Shown one piece after another: positions 10,359-16,683 of a stretch of 16,683 nt of DNA. Source of the DNA: Octopus sinensis (taxonomy: Eukaryota); assembly GCF_006345805.1 (NCBI RefSeq), contig NW_021825091.1, positions 1 through 16,683 on the forward strand. Direction: 5' to 3'. Numbering within the stretch: position 1 is the first letter of the stretch; the number at the start of each line of letters is the position of its first letter. The position numbers and the translations under genes were made by a program. The notes beneath the pieces were generated by a model. The model ran no database searches. It was not told where the DNA came from and saw only the letters and a program-made list of their open reading frames with translations.

Positions 10359-11185
10359 AGGTTTGTAATGTATGCATGCATGTATATATGTATGTATGTG
10401 TGTATGTATATATAGATATGCTCGCATGCATGCAAGTAGCTTCGTATATATATATGTGTGTTTCTACGCGTGTATGTACGTACGTATGCATGCATGTATG
10501 TGCGTGTACTGATGTATGTAGTTATGTAAGTATGTACGTGTGTATGTGTACATATTCCATGCGCGTATGTATATAGGTATAGTTGCATACTTGCATGTAG
10601 GTGCCTATGTATGTATGCACGTATGTATGCATCTACGTACATATGTATGTGTGTATGTATGTAAGTATGCATGTATGTACATGTATATGCGTGTACGTAT
10701 GTATGTATATATGTATGATTGTGTTTATGCATGCATGTTTATATGTATGGTTTTATGTATGTGTCTATGTATGTGCGTACGTATGTCTGTGTGTATATAT
10801 TTATGTATGTATGCATGTGTGTATGTACTTATGTGTGTATATATGTATATGAGTGTGTTTGAATGTATGTATGTGTGCAGCATGAATATGTGTACGTAAG
10901 TGTGTATGTATGTGTGTGTGTATGCATGTATGTATGTATGAATGTATGTAGGTATGAATGCAAGCTTATATGTGTGTACGTATATATGTTCGTATACATG
11001 TATGTGTGTACATATGTGTGTGTGTATGTGTATATGTAAGCATGCATGTTTGTATGTATATGTATGTCTGTGTGTATGTATATGTGCATATATGTATGTG
11101 TACATATATGTATATATATGTATTTATATGCGTATATGTACATGTATTTGTGTTTGTATGAGTGTATGTATGTATATGTGTGTAT
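10359..11185. repeat. Degenerate TATG tract; 10359-10914 is a diverged copy of 6383-6924
   Basis: Distinctive non-repeat words are shared in the same order: AGGTTTG.AATG, GCTCGCATGCATGCA, TTTCTACG, GTGTACTGATG, CATATTCCATGCG, TTGCATGTAGGTGCCTATG, ATGATTGTGTTTATGC, GTGCAGCATGAATATG. Confidence 0.92.
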
Positions 11186-11213
11186 GTTAGTTAGTTAGTT
11201 AGTTAGTTAGTTA
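11186..11213. repeat. (GTTA)7 = (TAAC)7 on the element strand; 3' tail of the CR1-clade LINE
   Basis: Seven perfect GTTA units immediately distal to the short CR1 3' UTR. CR1-clade elements characteristically end in short tandem repeats rather than poly(A). Confidence 0.85.
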
Positions 11214-11244
11214 ATTTGGCTCAAAAGCAAATAGCAAGGCCATG

Positions 11245-12800
11245 TAGGGGGACATGGAGTTAAGTACAGGGTGGTGTTCATGTAAAGAGTTCAGGCCACT
11301 TGAGGTCCAGGGAGGCTTTGAACAAAGCGGTCGTCGGCATCTTCACCATCTCGTCTGGCAGCTTGTTCGACGGACCCGCAACCCGGACGGAGAAAGCTCC
11401 TCTCCTTCGATTGAGATGAAATCGTCGCAGGTACAGCTTTTCGGAATGACCCCGCAGCCGACGCTCTGGAGAAGGAGTGAAGAACTGCTCTTTCGAGAGG
11501 TTACACTTTCCGCTAATGATGTTGTGAGCAAGAATGAGATTACCACGGCGTCGTCTAGGGGGACATGGAGTTAAGTACAGGGTGGTGTTCATGTAAAGAG
11601 TTCCGGCCACTTGAGGTCAAGGGAGGCTTTGAACAAAGCGGTCGTCGGCATCTTCACCATCTCGTCTGGCAGCTTGTTCCACGGACCCGCAACCCGGACG
11701 GAGAAAGCTCCTCTCCTTCGATTGAGATGAAATCGTCGCAGGTACAGCTTTTCGGAATGACCCCGCAGCCGACGCTCTGGAGAAGGAGTGAAGAACTGCT
11801 CTTTCGAGAGGTTACACTTTCCGCTAATGATGTTGTGAGCAAGAATGAGATTACCACGGCGTCGTCTAGGGGGACATGGAGTTAAGTACAGGGTGGTGTT
11901 CATGTAAAGAGTTCAGGCCACTTGAGGTCAAGGGAGGCTTTGAACAAGCGGTCGTCGGCATCTTCACCATCTCGTCTGGCAGCTTGTTCCACGGATCCGC
12001 AACCCGACGGAGAAAGCTCCTCTCCTTCGATTGAGATGAAATCGTCGCAGGTACAGCTTTTCGGAATGACCCCGCAGCCGACGCTCTGGAGAAGGAGTGA
12101 AGAACTGCTCTTTCGAGAGGTTACACTTTCCGCTAATGATGTTGTGAGCAAGAATGAGATTACCACGGCGTCGTCTAGGGGGACATGGAGTTAAGTACAG
12201 GGTGGTGTTCATGTAAAGAGTTCAGGCCACTTGAGGTCAAGGGAGGCTTTGAACAAAGCGGTTCGTCGGCATTTCACCATCTCGTCTGGCAGCTTGTTCG
12301 ACGGACCCGCAACCCGGACGGAGAAAGCTCCTCTCCTTCGATTGAGATGAAATCGTCGCAGGTACAGCTTTTCGGAATGACCCCGCAGCCGACGCTCTGG
12401 AGAAGGAGTGAAGAACTGCTCTTTCGAGAGGTTACACTTTCCGCTAATGATGTTGTGAGCAAGAATGAGATTACCACGGCGTCGTCTAGGGGGACATGGA
12501 GTTAAGTACAGGGTGGTGTTCATGTAAAGAGTTCAGGCCACTTGAGGTCAAGGGAGGCTTTGAACAAAGCGGTCGTCGGCATCTTCACCATCTCGTCTGG
12601 CAGCTTGTTCCACGGATCCGCAACCCGGACGGAGAAAGCTCCTCTCCTTCGATTGAGATGAAATCGTCGCAGGTAGAGCTTTTCGGAATGACCCCGCAGC
12701 AGACGCTCTGGAGAAGGAGTGAAGAACTGCTCTTTCGAGAAGGTTACACTTTCCGCTAATGATGTTGTAGGCGAGAATGAGATCACCAAGCGGCGGCGTT
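11245..12800. repeat. Tandem array of five ~311-bp units equal to the CR1 3'-terminal segment
   Basis: TAGGGGGACATGGAGTTAAGTACAGG begins at 11245, 11556, 11867, 12176 and 12487 (spacings 311, 311, 309, 311). The units are nearly identical, and the fifth runs on into the rest of the RT ORF. Confidence 0.97.
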
Positions 12801-13926
12801 TTTCTAGAGAATAAAGGTCGAGCGTCTTCAGCCTTTCTTCATAGGACACATTTTTGAGACCATCAATCATGTGGGTAGCCAGCTTCTGGACTCTTTCGAG
12901 ATGCTGAATGTCTTTGAAGAGATAAGGAGAAGAGGCTTGAATCCCGTACTCCAATATGGGTCTCACCAGCGGAACATAGAGTGGTAGGAATATGGCTGCT
13001 GTGAGCATTCCGAATGACCGTCGAATCAAGAACAGAATTCCGCGTGCTTTGTTGGCAGCATGGACGCACTGGGCCGAAGGCGAAATGGAGGAATCCACCA
13101 AGATACCCAGGTCCTTTACCTGATCGGTCCTCTCCAGAAGCAGACGGCCCAGCTCGAAATCAAGTTGAGTTGCAGGAGGAGAGCCAACAGGCAGATGACA
13201 GCATTTTGACACGTTCAGACACAGGTCCCATTCGTTAGACCACCTCCAAATTTGGTGGAGGCATCGACGAAGATCCTCCATATCACCGCGAGGAGCGACC
13301 AATTTGACATCGTCGGCTAATAGAAGGGTGTGTTGCGTGAGGTCGTCGGGCAAGTCATTTATGAAGACTAAGAACAATAAGGGTCCAAGCACTGAACCTT
13401 CAGGCACGCCACTGCTCGCACTGGAGACGTCGGACCGCGAACCATTAACTTCGACTTGGAAGGAGCGATCTGAGAGGAAGGCACCAACCCAAAGTACAAT
13501 ATCCGGATGGAAACTATATGCTTGAAGCTTGACAAGTAATAGGCGGTGGTTTACCGAGTCAAAAGCTTTGGCAAAGTCCAATAAAACGATGTCAACAGCA
13601 TCACTATCATCAAGGATGCGCGTCACCAATTCTTCCATTACCAGTAAGTTGGTCAAGCATGATCTCTTCGGCACGAAGCCGTGTTGGGAATCAGAGATAG
13701 AGGCTGTGTTTTGGAGGTGGAGTATCATACTTTTCTTAAGGATGGTTTCGAACATCTTGCTGATTATTGATGTAAGGGAAACCGGTCGGTAGTTAAGCGG
13801 GCCTTCGCGGCTCCCTTTCTTCGAAATTGGGCAGATTATCGCTGTTCTCCAGTCCGCAGGTATAACACCCGTCGCCAATGACATATTGAATAGACGTGTT
13901 AAGGGCTCGCAGATGACCGGAGCCAA
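12520..13926 (-). pseudogene. CR1-type reverse transcriptase frame, 468 codons without a stop (fragment of ORF2; the listed start is a TTG inside the ORF, not a true start)
   Basis: PLTRLFNMSL..G.IPADW..A.ICPI.KKG..NYRPVSLTS; QHGF...RSCLTNLL; D.V.LDFAKAFDSVNH; SGVPEGSVLGPLLFL.FINDL; LLADD; DLGI; LVRPILEY..LERVQK. Two motifs deviate from the usual CR1 form (GVPQGS to GVPEGS, FADD to LADD). Confidence 0.92.
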
Positions 13927-14175
13927 CGCTTTGATAACCTGTGTGTTTTATGCCGTCAGGGCCTGACCCTTGTTGACATCGAGGCCTTGAATAACACGTT
14001 TGACTTCGTACCGCGTGATGACAAATCGAGCATTGGAGTACCGATCTATCAAATGGAGGGGGTTCACGACCATCATCTTGTTTGAAAATAGTTGAAAAAG
14101 CCTCGGCAAAGAATTGACACTGTTGATAGGGTCCTCAATCTATACGCCTTTTGAGTATGTCTGTATTATGTATGT

Positions 14176-14242
14176 GTGCATTTCAAAAAATCGATTTGCA
14201 CGTTCGAGAATACTTGATAGGAGTCCAGCAGATTGGTCGAAT
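14176..14242 (+). mobile_element. Short diverged copy of the start of the Tc1 remnant (paralog of 4941-5010 and 16547-16615)
   Basis: GTGCATTTCAAAAAATCGATTTGCACGTTCGAGAATACTTGATAGGAGTCCAGCAGATTGGTCGAAT aligns to GTGCATTTGATAAAATCGATTTGCCCGTTAAAGAACATTTGAAATGGAGTCCAGCAGATTGGACGAAT. Confidence 0.85.
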
Positions 14243-14995
14243 ATGTATGTGTGTATGTATGTATGTATGTATGTATGTATGTATGTATGATGTATGTATG
14301 TAGTATGTATGTATGTATTTATGTATGTATGCATGTATGTATGTATACATGTATGTATGTATTTACGTATGTATGTAATGTGTGTATGTATGTGTGTATG
14401 TGTGTGTGTTTGTATGTGTGTATGTATGTATGTACGTATGTATGTATGTGTGTATGTATGTATGTATGAATGTATGTCTACATGTATGTATGTATGTATA
14501 CATGTATACATGTATGTATGTATGTATTTATGTATGTATGTAATGTGTGTATGTATGTGTGTATGTGTGTATGTATGTGTGTATGTATGTATGTATGTGA
14601 GTATGTGTTTATGTATGTATGTATATATGTTTTATATATGTATTGAGTTGTATGTATGTGTTTCTATGCATGCATGTGCGTATGTGTGTATGTAAGTATG
14701 TGTGTATGTGTGTTGACTATGTATTTATGTGTGTATGTATGCAAGTATGTTTTATATATGTAAGTGCGAATATATGTATGTATATGGTTATATATGTATG
14801 TGTATATATATGTATATGTATGTATTAATATCTGTATATGTACATGTATTTGTGTATGTATGAATGTATGTATGCATAAGTGGTGTGTGTATGTACGTAT
14901 GTATGCACGTGTATATGTATGTGTGTATATATGTTTGTATGTATATATGTGTGTATGTGGGTATGTGTGTACGTACTTATGTATGTATGTATGTG
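14243..14995. repeat. (TATG)n tract; from ~14582 onward it copies 2968-3382
   Basis: Pure TATG runs with an internal duplicated motif (..GTATTTA.GTATGTATGTAATGTGTG.. at ~14349-14405 and ~14509-14570), followed by the same word order as 2968-3382. Confidence 0.93.
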
Positions 14996-15445
14996 CGAGG
15001 GGTAGTCAAAAACTAATGCCATTTTGTTTAGGAAAGGTATAATTACCAACACAGGAACATGTATCATACATCAAAATGAATCTTGGCCCCAGTGGATCAC
15101 ATCCCCACTCTTTAATATAGTTACCGTTTCTCTGAAAAGCAATGTTCCTTCTTCGAATGAGAGCATGTATTCCTGCCTTTAAAATCTCTGTGAATGTTCT
15201 TTGAGCCACTTCTTCACCACATTACTTACTTCCTCGTCACTTGGTATAATGTTTGCCTCTCAACCCTCTTTTTGTTGCCCGAAGAGATTATAGTCTGAAG
15301 TGCTAAATCTGATTTGGGTGGAGGTAATGAAGAAATGGCTCAAAGAACACTCAACGGAATTTCACGGGCGGGGATACATGCAGTCATTCGAAGGTAGACC
15401 ATTGCTTTTGATGACCAGATTCATTTTGATGTATGATACATGTTC
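14996..15445 (-). mobile_element. Duplicate of the fold-back mariner remnant
   Basis: Near-identical to 3383-3833. ORF 15006-15209 contains AGIHALIRRRNIAFQRNGNYI. Confidence 0.88.
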
Positions 15446-15993
15446 ATGGACGGCCATCTGTCTGTCTGTATGTCTTTAAGTATGTATGTATGCATGTCGC
15501 TCTTGAGTACTACTGGGAACATGTAACCCAGTACAACATGATTCATGATCGTGCCGTCGGCGATTAAAATGGAAACCCCACCAGGCTTGCTTGGTGACGA
15601 GGATGTTGTTGGACACTCTGCTGGATGCAAAATAAGACTCGTGAAATGGTGCATGTACTCCTGAACTGTCAATTTCTTTATTAACCATATAAGGTTAAGA
15701 AAATGTGGTGATGATGCAAGGAGAGACAAAACAAATATTGGGGTGAAGGTATCGAATGATCCTCTGACGAACGTATGAAGTTTGCAAATCCAACGGAGGC
15801 CTCAAGCGACATGTTAAGACCTAGAAACAGCAGAATTTATCTGCAGGTCTTGGTGGCCCAAATTTGAGGAGCAATCTATGTGGGTGTCTTTTCAGAATAT
15901 TCTTTCGTTTGAAAAGCTACATCAGGAACCATAATGGTGCTAAGGTGTCGGTAAGAAGGTGGTCAAACTCTGTATAAGGTGTAGACAACCACC

Positions 15994-16546
15994 ATGTATG
16001 TATGTATGTATGTATGTATGTATGTATGTATATGTATGTATGTATGTATGTATGTATATATGTATGCATGTATGTATGTATGTATGTATGTATGTATGTA
16101 TGTATGTATATATGTATGCATGTATGCATAATTGAATGTATATATCAATGTATGTATGTATGAATTTATGTACATACACAAATAGATATATATACACATA
16201 TATATATATGCACACAGATATTTATATACGGACACGTATAGATATATATACACAAACGTGCATACATAAGTACATTCACACGTACATACATACACACATG
16301 TATGTATGTTTGTATGTATGTATGTGTGTATGTTTGTATGTATGTATGTGTGTATGTTTGTATGTATGTATGTGTGTATGTTTGTATGTATGTATGTATG
16401 TGTGTATGTTTGTATGTGTGTATGTATGTATGTATGTATGTATATGAGTATGTGTGTATGTATGTATGTATATATGTTTTATGTATGTATGTAAGAATGT
16501 CTGTATGACTGTATGTATGTGTGTCTATGCATGTATGTGTGTATAG
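15994..16546. repeat. (TATG)n tract, copy of 4382-4940
   Basis: Same internal inverted block and 24-bp higher-order unit, with small differences in unit number. Confidence 0.95.
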
Positions 16547-16683
16547 GTGCATTTGATAAAATCGATTTGCCCGTTAAAGAACATTTGAAATGGAGTCCAG
16601 CAGATTGGACGAATGTGTTGTGGTCGGACGAATCAAAGTTCAACTTGATGGGCAGAGATGGCAGGAAGTATGTAAGAAGGCGT
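16547..16683 (+). mobile_element. Start of the duplicate Tc1 remnant, cut by the window end
   Basis: Matches 4941-5077 by eye and encodes KEHLKWSPADWTNVLWSDESKFNLMGRDGRKYVRR. Confidence 0.92.

Larger units (their letters stand above)
11186..14150 (-). mobile_element. 5'-truncated CR1-clade LINE with a tandemly multiplied 3' end
   Basis: Linker region at 14150-13927 (FFAEAFSTIF..EVKRVIQGLDVNKG..GPDGI, frameshifted), then the RT ORF 13926-12520, four extra copies of the last ~311 bp, 3' UTR (11277-11214) and (TAAC)7 tail. No endonuclease domain or ORF1 is present. Both flanks are TATG tracts. Confidence 0.93.
14582..16683 (+). repeat. Second copy of a >=2.1-kb direct duplication of ~2968-5077, running off the right edge
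   Basis: Collinear microsatellite, mariner remnant (14996 vs 3383), unique island (15496-15993 vs 3884-4381), microsatellite and Tc1 start (16547 vs 4941). The offset is about 11.61 kb, with only scattered substitutions and 1-bp indels. Confidence 0.96.

Noticed and set aside
11186-11213. (TTAG)n as a telomeric repeat, implying a telomere-type retrotransposon array
   Set aside because: It is neither TTAGG nor TTAGGG, is only 28 bp long and sits where a CR1 tail is expected. The units share one breakpoint, unlike HeT-A/TART-style arrays of independent insertions.
11254-12759. Repeated plus-strand 106-aa ORF (MELSTGW..) and other antisense ORFs over the LINEs (13014-13792, 9851-10204, 2611-2874, 519-842)
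   Set aside because: They are antisense shadows of transposon coding frames with no recognisable motifs. The repetition simply follows the tandem array.
11245-12800. Regularly spaced repeats as a CRISPR array
   Set aside because: The units are 311 bp, contiguous and near-identical with no unique spacers. They derive from CR1 coding sequence, and there are no cas genes in a clearly eukaryotic context.
12520-13926. Autonomous active LINE, or domesticated or prokaryotic RT (retron, DGR)
   Set aside because: There is no endonuclease or ORF1, the frame is broken just upstream of 13926 and the start is not a real ATG. The motifs are plainly CR1-clade, and there is no template/variable repeat pair.
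11160-14175. Target-site duplication around the CR1 insertion
   Set aside because: Both flanks are TATG-like, so short matches (TGAGT..TATGT) are expected by chance; no unambiguous duplication is visible.
3040-16552. Dozens of 60-160 aa ORFs rich in Y/V/C/M or H/T/Y/I
   Set aside because: They are translations of (TATG)n and its complement, which contain few stop codons. There is no domain content or splice evidence.

Overview
Gene-free, AT-rich eukaryotic repeat landscape. No host exon, RNA gene or CRISPR array can be supported. About half the window is degenerate (TATG/TGTA)n simple repeat, and most listed ORFs are translation noise from it (Y/V/C/M or H/T/Y/I peptides). Transposon relics sit between the tracts. 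From left to right: a Helitron PIF1-type helicase remnant (-), the 3' end of an RTE-clade LINE with a (CAT)n tail (-), a fold-back mariner 3'-end remnant, a decayed Tc1 transposase (+), an L1/Tx1-clade ORF2 remnant (-), and a young 5'-truncated CR1-clade LINE (-) with a 468-codon open RT frame. The most unusual structure is at the 3' end of that CR1. Its last ~311 bp occur five times head-to-tail. The stop codon of each unit overlaps the ATG of the next (ATGA), and the join lands in the native CR1 C-terminal frame. The ~2.1 kb block at ~2968-5077 recurs at ~14582-16683 and runs off the window end. Several smaller cryptic duplications lie inside the microsatellite tracts. The repeat style suggests a mollusc, possibly an octopus-like cephalopod; this is inference from recollection and was not checked. 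All alignments were done by eye. Many differences between copies are 1-bp indels, so long-read or consensus error cannot be excluded.
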